DNA of 64,000 bases from an uncultured Clostridia bacterium (lineage in GTDB: Bacteria; Bacillota; Clostridia; Christensenellales; UBA1242). Below the pieces are notes generated by a model. It did no database searches, had not been told where the DNA came from, and saw nothing but the letters and a program-made list of their open reading frames with translations. Below are positions 17,251 to 26,926 of the stretch, in pieces (within the stretch, counting starts at the first letter, position 1; each line of letters begins with the position of its first letter). Both the position numbers and the translations under genes were made by a program. The stretch spans positions 3,498-67,497 of the forward strand of contig CALWPD010000003.1 in the NCBI GenBank assembly GCA_944383335.1. The letters run 5' to 3'.

Positions 17251-19026
17251 ATGGAAAGAGAAAAAATTGAAGAAAAATATAAATGGGATTTAACAGAATA
17301 TTTCAAGGATTTATCCGCTTGGGAAGATATGTATAATTATGTGCAAAATAATTATAAAGAAATAATTAAATTTGAGCATAAATTAAATAATAAATATGAT
17401 ATTTTATCTTGCCTTACAAAAGAGAGTGAGATATCTAGTAAACTTGGTCTTTTATATGTGTTTGCGAGCCTTAAAACAAAAGAGAATTCAAAAAATTCAA
17501 TTTATCAAAACATATTGAATAAAATAGAAAAATTGTCTGTTGAAATAAGCGAAGCTTATTCATTTATCGATAGTGAATTAAATGATTTAAGTGATGAATA
17601 CTTAAAGGAATTATCTCAAGATATTGATTTTAAAAATTATGATTTATATTTTTTAGATATAATAAAAAATAAAAAACATATGCTGTCAAAAGCTGAAGAA
17701 AAATTGCTTGCAAAAACAGGACTTTTCTCAGGACAATTTTCTTCCATATTTGATAAAATTGACACCGCTGACATAAAGTTTGATGATATAGAAGATTGCA
17801 ATGGTAAAAAATATAAAATGAACAATTCAGTGTACAACCGCTATAGTCAATCTTCTGACAGAACTCTTCGAAAAAATGCTTTTAGATCAATGAATGGTGC
17901 CTACGGAAAATTAAACCAAACCATTACGCAGGTGTATCTTGGAAATATAAAGTCAGATTGCTTTTATAGTCAAGTACGAAATTTTCCAACTTGTTTAGAT
18001 GCTTCAATGTTTGCTGAAGATGTAAACAAAAATGTTTACATTACACTTGTTGAATGTGTAAATGCTAACCTTGATGTATTTCATCGTTATTTTGAACTTA
18101 AAAGAAAAATACTGGGATTGGACAAAATTGCAATTTACGATATGCGTGCACCTTCTTGTGATAGTCTTGAAAAATCATATTCATACGAGCAGGCCTATGA
18201 TGCCGTTTTAGATGCTTTAAAAGTGCTTGGAAATGATTATATAGATATTCTTAAAACTGCCAAAGAACAGCGTTGGATAGATGTTTTTACAAATGATGGC
18301 AAGGACACGGGGGCATTTTCTTGGGGTGCATACAAAAAGCATCCTGTTGTGCTTCTGAATTTTGAAAATACAATAAATGATGTATTCACTTTGGCACACG
18401 AACTTGGACACAGCATGCACACATATTTTTCAAATTTATACCAAGTTGAGCAAAAAGCGGGGTATGAAATATTTGTGGCCGAAGTTGCATCCACAGTAAA
18501 CGAGATGCTATTAGTTAATTATTTTATGTCAAAAGCAAAAGATAATCAGGAAAAATTATATTATCTTGATTATCTTTTCAAAATGTTTTATTCAACAATA
18601 TTCCGTCAAACGCTTTTTGCTGAATTTGAAGAATATGCTCATAGTGCCTATGAAAAGGGCAACGATACAACCGCTGAAGCACTTAATTCATATTACTACA
18701 ATTTGAATAAAAAATATTTTGGTGAGAACGTTACACTTATTGATGAAATAAAATATGAGTGGTCGCGGATTCCGCATTTCTACACATCATTTTATGTTTA
18801 TAAATATGCAACAGGATTAATTTCTGCATTTTATATTGCCAACAAAATATCAAGTAAAGATAGTGAAGTGCTACAAGGTTATAGAAAGTTTCTAACACTT
18901 GGTTCAACCCTTGATCCTATTTCACTTTTAAAAGTTGCAAAAGTAGATTTATCGCAAAAGTCAACTTTCGACTATGTATTTGCCGAAATGAGAAAATTAC
19001 TCAAAACCTACGAATCACTTATCTAA
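17251..19026 (+). CDS. pepF: Oligoendopeptidase F (M3B)
   Basis: HELGHSMH zinc motif, about 590 aa, typical PepF length and C-terminal conservation. Confidence 0.88.
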   Translation: MEREKIEEKYKWDLTEYFKDLSAWEDMYNYVQNNYKEIIKFEHKLNNKYDILSCLTKESEISSKLGLLYVFASLKTKENSKNSIYQNILNKIEKLSVEISEAYSFIDSELNDLSDEYLKELSQDIDFKNYDLYFLDIIKNKKHMLSKAEEKLLAKTGLFSGQFSSIFDKIDTADIKFDDIEDCNGKKYKMNNSVYNRYSQSSDRTLRKNAFRSMNGAYGKLNQTITQVYLGNIKSDCFYSQVRNFPTCLDASMFAEDVNKNVYITLVECVNANLDVFHRYFELKRKILGLDKIAIYDMRAPSCDSLEKSYSYEQAYDAVLDALKVLGNDYIDILKTAKEQRWIDVFTNDGKDTGAFSWGAYKKHPVVLLNFENTINDVFTLAHELGHSMHTYFSNLYQVEQKAGYEIFVAEVASTVNEMLLVNYFMSKAKDNQEKLYYLDYLFKMFYSTIFRQTLFAEFEEYAHSAYEKGNDTTAEALNSYYYNLNKKYFGENVTLIDEIKYEWSRIPHFYTSFYVYKYATGLISAFYIANKISSKDSEVLQGYRKFLTLGSTLDPISLLKVAKVDLSQKSTFDYVFAEMRKLLKTYESLI

Positions 19027-19269
19027 CCTTTGACCAATACCTATACCAATCATAAGCCACATTAAATCATCGCAAGAATTTATTGGTTTGCATTTAGAGC
19101 GATGTGGTGAGCATTGTGGTGGGCAAGGTTGTTGACAAAAATCTGGAAAATTTGGAAAATTTGGTGAATGGCAGTGATTGTTACAAGGATCACAGCCACA
19201 CCCACAACGCATATCAAAGTGTGGATATTCTTTATATACTCTATAGTCTCTTGTCATAAGTTCCTCCAC
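19015..19269 (-). CDS. Small Cys/Pro/His-rich protein (84 aa) with hydrophobic C-terminal segment
   Basis: Strong RBS GGAGGAA. Sequence is CGCGCDPCNNHCHSPNFPNFPDFCQQPCPPQCSPHRSKCKPINSC followed by LMWLMIGIGIG. The 3' end overlaps the pepF 3' end by 12 nt. Confidence 0.6.
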   Translation of the reverse strand: MEELMTRDYRVYKEYPHFDMRCGCGCDPCNNHCHSPNFPNFPDFCQQPCPPQCSPHRSKCKPINSCDDLMWLMIGIGIGQRLDK

Positions 19270-19283
19270 ACCATTATATGTAT

Positions 19284-19562
19284 TTAATTGATTTTAGTGA
19301 GATGTGATAAATCAATTTTATCACTCTCAATTTTTTTTATATTTTTTTCACTTTTTTGCACACTACTCAATGCATTAGCAAGCATAGGATTGACATTTTT
19401 AATATTTGTTAGTGATGGCAAAATTTCATTAAAATTTTTGCCTGATAAAATAAGTGGCAAAATTTTTTGAATAAGTGGTGTGGTGTTTGAGTTATTTTGC
19501 TCTTGATTTGAATTATTCGAATCATTATTTAAGTTTGCATATATATTAAAATTATTTTCCAT
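19284..19562 (-). CDS. Small Asn/Ser-rich hypothetical protein (92 aa from internal ATG)
   Basis: ORF on the same strand, directly upstream of the Cys-rich gene. The longer N-terminal extension in the track overlaps the divergent gene and looks non-coding. Weak RBS. Confidence 0.4.
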   Translation of the reverse strand: MENNFNIYANLNNDSNNSNQEQNNSNTTPLIQKILPLILSGKNFNEILPSLTNIKNVNPMLANALSSVQKSEKNIKKIESDKIDLSHLTKIN

Positions 19563-19616
19563 CACTAAATATATTATGCAAGCATATAATGTTTTAGTGA
19601 AAAAAGGAAAATTTTT

Positions 19617-19904
19617 ATGAAATTTAGTGAGTTTAAATCTACACAAAAAAAAGAAGTTAAAAATCAAACGGCAAACACTGAAACACAGAACAGTCAAACC
19701 GAAGATGTGGAAAAACTTTTTGAAAAATACAAGGATATGGATTCAAATTCGCTTATGGGCGAACTTTTAAAAAACGTTGACAGGCAAAAAAATGATGGAA
19801 GTTTTGATTTTGAAAAACTGCAAAGCCAGATTAACCAAATTTTACCATACTTAACAGATGAACAGCAAAAATATTTAATGACAATTTTATCACAACTTAA
19901 ATAA
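19617..19904 (+). CDS. Small acidic hypothetical protein (95 aa)
   Basis: RBS AAAGGAAA and a TATAAT box upstream. Sits immediately upstream of the subtilase gene. Confidence 0.55.
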   Translation: MKFSEFKSTQKKEVKNQTANTETQNSQTEDVEKLFEKYKDMDSNSLMGELLKNVDRQKNDGSFDFEKLQSQINQILPYLTDEQQKYLMTILSQLK

Positions 19905-19912
19905 TATGATAT

Positions 19913-21043
19913 ATGAGAAAAATAGATACAAATTTAGAAAATGTTTTTATGTTGACCGACTCCAAACCCAAGCAAATATGCTTAGTTGAAGTTTTTGATT
20001 TTCCAAAAGCAAGAAGGTACTTTGAAAAACGTAATGTTAAAATACTTAAAGAATATCAATTTCTTAACTTATTTTGTTTGGACGCAACCCTTAATGATGT
20101 ATATGATTTTGCTCGAATGCCATTTGTTAAATACATAGCGCATTCTAGTAAAGTGCAGTCATTTTGTAATGTTGCACGTAAGATCATGGGAGTGGATGAT
20201 ATTGAGTACGCTGGCGATAACATTACTGTGGCAATAATTGATACAGGAATTTGTCCACATCTTGATTTTACACTTGGAAAAAACAGAATAAAAAAATTTG
20301 TTGATTTTGTACATAAGCAGAAAATGCCATATGATGATAATGGGCATGGTACCTTTGTTACGGGGGTGCTTTGTGGTAGTGGAATAATGTCATTTGGCAA
20401 ATATAGTGGCTTTGCAAAAAATGCTGATATAATTTCTATAAAGGCGCTCGATCAAAATGGTGAGGCTTCGGCAACCACAATTTTGGACGCAGTTGAATGG
20501 GTGTACAAAAATCAAAGGAAATATGACATTCGCGTTGTGTGTATGAGTTTTGGTAGTGAGCCACTGGGGCATAATGACCCAATTATGCGTGGGGCAGAGA
20601 AACTTTGGAATAGTGGGATTGTTGTTGTTGCCGCGGCGGGCAACAGTGGTCCTGAATATTACACAATAAAAAGTCCGGGAATTTCATCAAAGATAATCAC
20701 AGTTGGAGGCTTTGATGACAACAGAATAGGCGACACATTTAACGAGAATTTTTTTGAAATTGCACCTTTTTCATCTCGTGGGCCTGCTTTTTCAAGAATA
20801 AAACCTGATGTTGTTGCGCCAAGTGTAGACATTGTGTCGTGTGGACGGCACAGTGATTATGTAACACTTTCGGGAACAAGTGTTTCTGCTCCAATGATTG
20901 CAGGCATATGTGCACTAATCTTGCAAAAATATCCACATCTTAAACCTGATCAAGTAAAAAGGGTGTTGCTTCAAAGTTCAAAAGGTATTACACACAACAG
21001 AAATATAGAAGGTATGGGATATCCAGTGTTGAAAAAAAAATAG
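19913..21043 (+). CDS. S8 subtilisin-like serine protease
   Basis: Catalytic triad motifs AIIDTGI (Asp), NGHGTFV (His) and SGTSVSAPM (Ser). Confidence 0.88.
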   Translation: MRKIDTNLENVFMLTDSKPKQICLVEVFDFPKARRYFEKRNVKILKEYQFLNLFCLDATLNDVYDFARMPFVKYIAHSSKVQSFCNVARKIMGVDDIEYAGDNITVAIIDTGICPHLDFTLGKNRIKKFVDFVHKQKMPYDDNGHGTFVTGVLCGSGIMSFGKYSGFAKNADIISIKALDQNGEASATTILDAVEWVYKNQRKYDIRVVCMSFGSEPLGHNDPIMRGAEKLWNSGIVVVAAAGNSGPEYYTIKSPGISSKIITVGGFDDNRIGDTFNENFFEIAPFSSRGPAFSRIKPDVVAPSVDIVSCGRHSDYVTLSGTSVSAPMIAGICALILQKYPHLKPDQVKRVLLQSSKGITHNRNIEGMGYPVLKKK

Positions 21044-21085
21044 GATTTATAATCCTGCTACGCTGTTAAAAACGGCGTGATAATC

Positions 21086-21655
21086 CTACTCTTTAATTTG
21101 TGTTTGTTTTTGTTTATATGTCCTTCGTTTGTAAAAAAACACATACACTGCAATAATTATGGCTCCAATAAAGTCGCAAATAAGGTCAAACATGGTGTCA
21201 TTAAGTGCGTCTCTGCCAACAAAGCCTTGCCATTTTTGCGTATTTTGTCCAGGGATGATTCCATCAAGTGAAAATTCGATTATTTCCCACACTCCACCTA
21301 TCATCATTGCAAATGAAAAAATGAAAAGGCATAACCAAAAAGGACTAAGTTGTGTTTTACTAAGTTTTGTATAGATATCATAAAATAAAAGACCAAACAA
21401 TATTCCGCTACAAATATGAATAATTTTATCCAGGGGAGTAAAAATTGAATAAACGTTCCATGCAGTACCTATGATGGTGGTGGCAAACAAAAATAATTCA
21501 ATTAAAATAATAAGTATCAAGTTGAGATTGGTTTTAAAAATTATTTCAAACAACAAAGGCAACCAAACTAAAATTATGAACAATATGTGCATCAAATATG
21601 TTTCAATATTTGCAGAAAAATAGCCCAAGCCATCAAGTGTAATTATTAAAACCAA
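21086..21655 (-). CDS. Polytopic membrane protein, unknown function
   Basis: Several hydrophobic helices. The annotated start is TTG, so the start is uncertain. Confidence 0.5.
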   Translation of the reverse strand: MVLIITLDGLGYFSANIETYLMHILFIILVWLPLLFEIIFKTNLNLILIILIELFLFATTIIGTAWNVYSIFTPLDKIIHICSGILFGLLFYDIYTKLSKTQLSPFWLCLFIFSFAMMIGGVWEIIEFSLDGIIPGQNTQKWQGFVGRDALNDTMFDLICDFIGAIIIAVYVFFYKRRTYKQKQTQIKE

Positions 21656-21732
21656 ACTTATTATTCCAATGATATCAGAAATTATTGACGTCCATATAAC
21701 ATGTTTTCGTATTTAATTCTCCGTTACTGTAA

Positions 21733-22932
21733 TTATTGATTTTCAATTTTTTTGTTTTGTATTTCTTTTTGTTTTCTTTTTTCTTCTCGTTGTTTTCTTT
21801 CGATTATTGTTTCGCGTTCATTCTTGATTTGTTTTGCCACAACAAGTCCAAAAATCAAATTGCCGATCAGTGAGATTGTTATAATTTTTTTGGCTTCATG
21901 ATTTCCTTTGTCAAATACACTCTCGTCGTCAAGTTCTGCCTGTTTTTCCATTTCATATGCAGTCCAAACACAAAACATCGTCATAATAAGTGGCACTAGG
22001 CAAAAAAGGCCAAAATAACTACCTATTGGGTTCCGTGTTATAGTACCTAAAATAATTAGTACCAAAAGTCCTTGCATGGAACATAGTGATTTTGTCGCAA
22101 AACAATATAAATCAAAAAATTCATTTCGGTGCTTATATTCCAAAGTTACTGGGTCATGCGTTATCTTTTTGTATGCAAGTGTTACAATATAGTAAACGAC
22201 AAAGCAAATAATTAAAAATGCGGGTATGGATACAAGTAGATGCCAAGGGAAGTCAATATCTATACCAAGTTTAATAAGCGAATTGGAGTAAGTCATTTCA
22301 GCGATATTTCCGTTTACAGTTACAATAGATAAAGACATACATAAACATGCAATCATTGTGTATCCTGATATGGCAAGCCAAAATTTTTGAAGCCTTGGTC
22401 TAAGTTCACCAATTTTTAAGAAGTAAATTGGAACAAATAACAAAAGTATAGTAAATAAAATTGAGATAATGTTGAGAATGTGATAGACATTGTCGATTGG
22501 ATTAATTACAAGGTCAATTCTAAATAACTGAATTATTCCAAGTGGTAAGCCAATCCCCAAAAGTGTATGTTTGCAAAAGTCAACTATATTATTGTTTGTT
22601 TTTGAAAAAGCACTGATAAAAAGTGCAATCATTGCAACATACATTAAAAGTGTAGTTACAGCGTAATCGCCATTTATACCAAGTGAAAGTAAGAAAAATG
22701 AGAAAGAGTAACTATTGCTAAGATGCACCGCTCTAACAATCCAAAAACAAAGCCGTATCAAAAGAAGAAGTGCGATTAAACTTGCCATAATAATTTTGGT
22801 GATCTTTTTTGCCTTGTCAGAATTTGAAAATAATGCAAAATATAAACACAAAACCACAGAGACAATTCCAATAGGTAACAAAATTTTTAAAAGTAATGAT
22901 ATACTTATTCTTGAATATTCTAAATTAAACAT
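21733..22932 (-). CDS. Polytopic membrane protein (399 aa) with charged C-terminal tail
   Basis: About 10 hydrophobic segments and a C-terminal ERKQREEKRKQKEIQNKK tail. No recognised motif. Confidence 0.6.
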   Translation of the reverse strand: MFNLEYSRISISLLLKILLPIGIVSVVLCLYFALFSNSDKAKKITKIIMASLIALLLLIRLCFWIVRAVHLSNSYSFSFFLLSLGINGDYAVTTLLMYVAMIALFISAFSKTNNNIVDFCKHTLLGIGLPLGIIQLFRIDLVINPIDNVYHILNIISILFTILLLFVPIYFLKIGELRPRLQKFWLAISGYTMIACLCMSLSIVTVNGNIAEMTYSNSLIKLGIDIDFPWHLLVSIPAFLIICFVVYYIVTLAYKKITHDPVTLEYKHRNEFFDLYCFATKSLCSMQGLLVLIILGTITRNPIGSYFGLFCLVPLIMTMFCVWTAYEMEKQAELDDESVFDKGNHEAKKIITISLIGNLIFGLVVAKQIKNERETIIERKQREEKRKQKEIQNKKIENQ

Positions 22933-22995
22933 AAAAAAATCCTTAAAATGTTTTGTGTATAGCGTATCACAATTTTAAGGAATTATCAAATAATT

Positions 22996-25080
22996 TTATA
23001 AATATTTATCACAACTCAAATTTGCGTGCTTGTCAAAGTCGCACAAAGCAGTTATCTCACGCTTTGTTCTATCCGCCTTTTTAATGACTACCGGTATTGT
23101 GTCGGTTATCTTTAACGCTTTATTATCAAACCTTAATAAACATTGTCTGCTTTTATCAAACCTATAGCCGTTGGAAGATAAATTTTGCATTGGGATAACA
23201 AATGTTAAAAGTCCATACTGAACAATTACACGAGAAGGTTCAATATTAAAAATTTTTGCATCAAATTTCTCACCAATATGATTTTCTGCCCAAATTGCAT
23301 TCATTAAATTATTGCTTTCAATTTCTGCATTTTTGGCGTCAAGTTCTTTTTTGCTTAAGTGCAGGCCCATTGCATCAAGTTCTTCATAAGTTGGTGAATA
23401 TGTTTTGTCTGTGAAGTAACTGCTTAAGATTCTGTGTGCCACAAGGTCGGGATATCGTCTTATTGGTGAAGTGAATTGAATATAATCTTTTGAAGCCAAG
23501 CCAAAATGCCCTTCGTTTAAAGGCGAATATATTGCTTTTTGCAAACTTCGCAGAACATTGTATGTTATGTACTCTTCGTATGGTTTATTTTTTATCATAT
23601 TTAATACATGCTGGAAACTTTTTACATCACTATTCACTGGTGGTAAGTTATATTTTTTTAATACTAAATTCAATTCGTCTATTTGCGAATTAAGTGGCGA
23701 AAAATGTATTCTACGAAGCGTTAAAAGGTTATTCTTTACAAAAAAATCGCCAATAGCTTCATTGATTGCGAGCATAAACGCTTCGATAATTTTTGTAGAG
23801 AGCAGAGCAGAGTGATCTTCAACGCCTTCAACAAATGTTTTAGTTTCGTCCAAAACATAATCAGGTTCTTTTGAATTTATCATTATTGCGCCACGCTGTT
23901 TGCGTTCTTTATCCAAAACTTTATAAAGGTCAAACATCAAATTAATTTGGCCACTAATATCAGCGTACTTGTTATGCATATTGTTTTGTTTCAAATATAT
24001 TTGATCAACAACATCATAACTTAATTTATGCTTGCTTTTTATAACCGCTGGCTTGATTGAATATCTTATTCGATTGCCATCATTGTCAAAGTCTATGGCT
24101 ATGCTTATAGCAAGCCTATCAACATTTTCATTTAGTGAACATATTTCGTTTGAAAGTTTCTCAGGAAGCATAGGGTAAACACCATCTCCAAGATAGCAAC
24201 TTGTGCCACGTTTATAAGCTTCTTTATCGAGGTTACTTCCAGGTATTACATAGTGGCTAACGTCTGCAATGGCACCGACAAGCCTAAACCCATCCTTTAT
24301 TTTTTCAACATAGACTGCATCATCCATATCTTTGCAAGTTTTAGGATCTATGGTTATTATGTTTAGTTTTCTTAAATCAACTCTATTCAAAGTCTCTTCT
24401 CGTGTAACTTTGCTTGGGATTGAATCAAGTTCTTTTATTACATCCTTGTTAAAATCTTTTTTAAACCCATGTTTTTCTGCAATTACAATATTTTCAACGA
24501 TTGGATCATTAGCGTTACCATATACTTTATATATGGAACCAACTGGGATATGTCCCTCTTGTTTTGATTCGATTTTCACGCAAACACTTTTGCCAATGCA
24601 TTTTTGTGTCAATTCATCGTTGGGTAAAAGAATCGTCTTATTATTTTCATCAATCATAATTATTGCATTTGATTTCAACTTGACAACTCTGCCATAACAA
24701 AATTCATTTTGCTTTTGCAAAATAGAAACAACAACTGCTGTTTCTTTTAAGTTATCGTTTATTATATATGCAGATATTATATCTCCATCTTTTGCACCAT
24801 TGGGGTTTGTGATAGGGACAAATTTGTTTTGTGTTTTTATTTCTAAATAACATTTATTTTTGTTACCATGCAAAATTCCGGTTGTAGATTCCAAACCACA
24901 AAAATATCGTTTGTTTTTTAATTTAATTTTTTTCTCTTGTATAAGTTCATTTATTGCAAAAGTCAGCAATTTATCATTGACATGCAAAGTTTTTGAAATC
25001 TTGTTAAACACCGAAGCATAATTTTTTCCAAACAGATTTTGTATAACAAACTGTTCAAAAATCTTATTTTTTAATTCCAT
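22996..25080 (-). CDS. rnr: Ribonuclease R
   Basis: RNB-domain motifs DPKTCKDMDDAVYVEK, GTSCYLGDGVYPMLPEKLSNEICSL and HFGLASKDYIQFTSPIRRYPDLVAHR, plus a C-terminal S1-like region. Confidence 0.9.
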   Translation of the reverse strand: MELKNKIFEQFVIQNLFGKNYASVFNKISKTLHVNDKLLTFAINELIQEKKIKLKNKRYFCGLESTTGILHGNKNKCYLEIKTQNKFVPITNPNGAKDGDIISAYIINDNLKETAVVVSILQKQNEFCYGRVVKLKSNAIIMIDENNKTILLPNDELTQKCIGKSVCVKIESKQEGHIPVGSIYKVYGNANDPIVENIVIAEKHGFKKDFNKDVIKELDSIPSKVTREETLNRVDLRKLNIITIDPKTCKDMDDAVYVEKIKDGFRLVGAIADVSHYVIPGSNLDKEAYKRGTSCYLGDGVYPMLPEKLSNEICSLNENVDRLAISIAIDFDNDGNRIRYSIKPAVIKSKHKLSYDVVDQIYLKQNNMHNKYADISGQINLMFDLYKVLDKERKQRGAIMINSKEPDYVLDETKTFVEGVEDHSALLSTKIIEAFMLAINEAIGDFFVKNNLLTLRRIHFSPLNSQIDELNLVLKKYNLPPVNSDVKSFQHVLNMIKNKPYEEYITYNVLRSLQKAIYSPLNEGHFGLASKDYIQFTSPIRRYPDLVAHRILSSYFTDKTYSPTYEELDAMGLHLSKKELDAKNAEIESNNLMNAIWAENHIGEKFDAKIFNIEPSRVIVQYGLLTFVIPMQNLSSNGYRFDKSRQCLLRFDNKALKITDTIPVVIKKADRTKREITALCDFDKHANLSCDKYL

Positions 25081-25140
25081 GGTACCAACCTTGTTATACT
25101 ATACCATAATATGCACATATTTGCAAGTGTGATTTTTTTG

Positions 25141-25692
25141 CTATTTATCAATCATACTAAAATTCTCATGACTAAGATAGGCAATGAAAGGGCTTTCGAT
25201 GTTTTCTATATTGCCTTTGTAGAAAAATTTTGCACTTTGCTCGCCCTTATTTTTGTCAAGATTGATAAATGTTATATCATAGAAATTATAACCCAATATG
25301 TTTAAAAAAGGATTGATATAAAATAGGTCATTTTTAACATAAACTATGCCGATAAAAATAATAACCAGTACAAAAACCACAAACATACTAACTTTTTCGA
25401 GTTCGTAACTTAGTGCAAATAGTACAAAAAGTGAGAAATAGCCCAAAAAATATTTTTCTGTGATATTTGTGGCTGTAACTATTTTTATCTTAGATTTCGG
25501 AGTTGTTTCATGCTTTATTGCCATATATGCACCATAACATCCCATAAAAATCAAAATAGAAAATAATATTATTGTGAAAGTGTTTAAAAAATTAAAAGAA
25601 AGATTAAAAAATATGATATCTATGAGTATCTTGATTATCACAAGCATATATAAAGGCACAAAAGCACTTAAATATAGTAATATTTTTTTCAT
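25141..25692 (-). CDS. Membrane protein, unknown function
   Basis: Start taken at MKKILLYL (25692). The longer track ORF would run into the Fic operon promoter. Five or more hydrophobic helices. Confidence 0.55.
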   Translation of the reverse strand: MKKILLYLSAFVPLYMLVIIKILIDIIFFNLSFNFLNTFTIILFSILIFMGCYGAYMAIKHETTPKSKIKIVTATNITEKYFLGYFSLFVLFALSYELEKVSMFVVFVLVIIFIGIVYVKNDLFYINPFLNILGYNFYDITFINLDKNKGEQSAKFFYKGNIENIESPFIAYLSHENFSMIDK

Positions 25693-25728
25693 ACTGTTAT
25701 ATTGTGTAAATTTTGATAATATATAACA

Positions 25729-25757
25729 TTGACGGTACACCACTTTGGTGATACAAT
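25729..25757 (+). promoter_or_regulatory. Promoter of the Fic operon
   Basis: TTGACG-17 nt-TACAAT, followed by RBS GAGGTG and a GTG start at 25776. Confidence 0.6.
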
Positions 25758-25775
25758 AAATTTTGAGGTGTAATA

Positions 25776-25958
25776 GTGAATAAGTTATCTATACAAAAAA
25801 TTAAAAATATCGAACAAGTGTTAAATATTTGGAGTAGTGAAGGTTATATTCTTTCAAATGAAGATAAATTGGATCTTGAAAAAACGGCATTGTCAGGTAC
25901 AGCAACAAATCAAATAAAAAAAATCTTACAACAAAGGAATAGAAAAGAGAAATGTTAA
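25776..25958 (+). CDS. VbhA-like small antitoxin/inhibitor of Fic (60 aa)
   Basis: Small helical ORF whose stop overlaps the Fic ATG (ATGTTAA). It contains an S-S-E-G segment at the position of the inhibitory (S/T)xxxE(G/N) helix, but the canonical S/T spacing is not met. Confidence 0.5.
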   Translation: MNKLSIQKIKNIEQVLNIWSSEGYILSNEDKLDLEKTALSGTATNQIKKILQQRNRKEKC

Positions 25959-26869
25959 AATACGATACAGCGAACGATGAACAAAAGAAAAGCTTACCCT
26001 ATCTTGATAATAAACTTGGCATTGTTGATATTAAAGATTGTAAAGAAAAAGAAAGTAAAATTTCTGCTCAGCGGGCCTTGGAATTACTTGAGAGTGGAAA
26101 ACTTAAAAATATGCCATTAAATGCTAAAACGCTTTGCTACATACACAAAATTCTTTTTCAAGACATCTATCCTTGGGCGGGAGAATACAGGACAACGAAT
26201 ATAACGAAAGGCGAAACATTGTTTTTCAATGTTGAATTTTTGCGCTATGGAAGCGATGAATTATTTAATAACCTTGCCAAAGATAAATTTTTGACAAAAC
26301 TTTCCAAAATGGAATTTGTTGAGTTGTTTAGTTACTATGCTAACGAACTAAATTTTCTTCATCCGTTTAGAGAAGGTAACGGCAGAACAAAAAAAATTTT
26401 TCTATCCGAACTGGCAAGAAGGGCGGGTTTTGAGATAGATTTTAAAAATATAACTCATGACCAACTAAAGTTGGCAGAAGTCAGTGCGATTGGTGTTGGT
26501 GTGCCAAAAGTTCAAAATATGGCTATATTAAAAAACTTATATAATGAAAACATTGTAGATAAAAGAAGTGAGCCATACAAACCGAAAGTAAAAACAGTTG
26601 AGCAAATAATCAATCGAATTCTTTGGATATATGATCGTGAAAGTACAGTGAATTGGATGTCAAACTTTAATAGTTTAATAGAAGGTGAGAATGCAGTGAA
26701 ACAAAAACTCGCCTTAAAGAGTGGAAAAGAAGAACTTTGTCAATTCTTAAGAAGAAGCAAAAAAGGTGCAAAGCCAACGAAAATTTTGAAAGTCATAGAT
26801 ACACTTATTAAGCAAATTTCACAAGCGAATGAAAATATTTTAGAAGATACAAAAAACATAGAATATTAA
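25952..26869 (+). CDS. Fic-domain protein (AMPylase-type toxin) with uncharacterised C-terminal region
   Basis: Fic motif HPFREGNGRTKK (HxFx[DE]GNGRxxR with a terminal K), upstream IHKILFQDIYPWAGEYR. Confidence 0.85.
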   Translation: MLKYDTANDEQKKSLPYLDNKLGIVDIKDCKEKESKISAQRALELLESGKLKNMPLNAKTLCYIHKILFQDIYPWAGEYRTTNITKGETLFFNVEFLRYGSDELFNNLAKDKFLTKLSKMEFVELFSYYANELNFLHPFREGNGRTKKIFLSELARRAGFEIDFKNITHDQLKLAEVSAIGVGVPKVQNMAILKNLYNENIVDKRSEPYKPKVKTVEQIINRILWIYDRESTVNWMSNFNSLIEGENAVKQKLALKSGKEELCQFLRRSKKGAKPTKILKVIDTLIKQISQANENILEDTKNIEY

Positions 26870-26916
26870 AAAAAATAGGGTAAATGAAGGAAATTTTCTT
26901 CAAAAACCCTATTTTT
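26870..26916. terminator. Bidirectional terminator between fic and the DUF378 gene
   Basis: Stem ATAGGGT/ACCCTAT with an inner GAAG/CTTC hairpin, flanked by an A-run and a T-run. Confidence 0.6.
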
Positions 26917-26926
26917 ATTGCAATTT

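Noticed and set aside
21077-21374. Plus-strand ORFs of 64 and 71 aa opposite the 21086-21655 membrane protein gene
   Set aside because: They overlap a longer, hydrophobic-periodic ORF on the other strand and have no translation signals.
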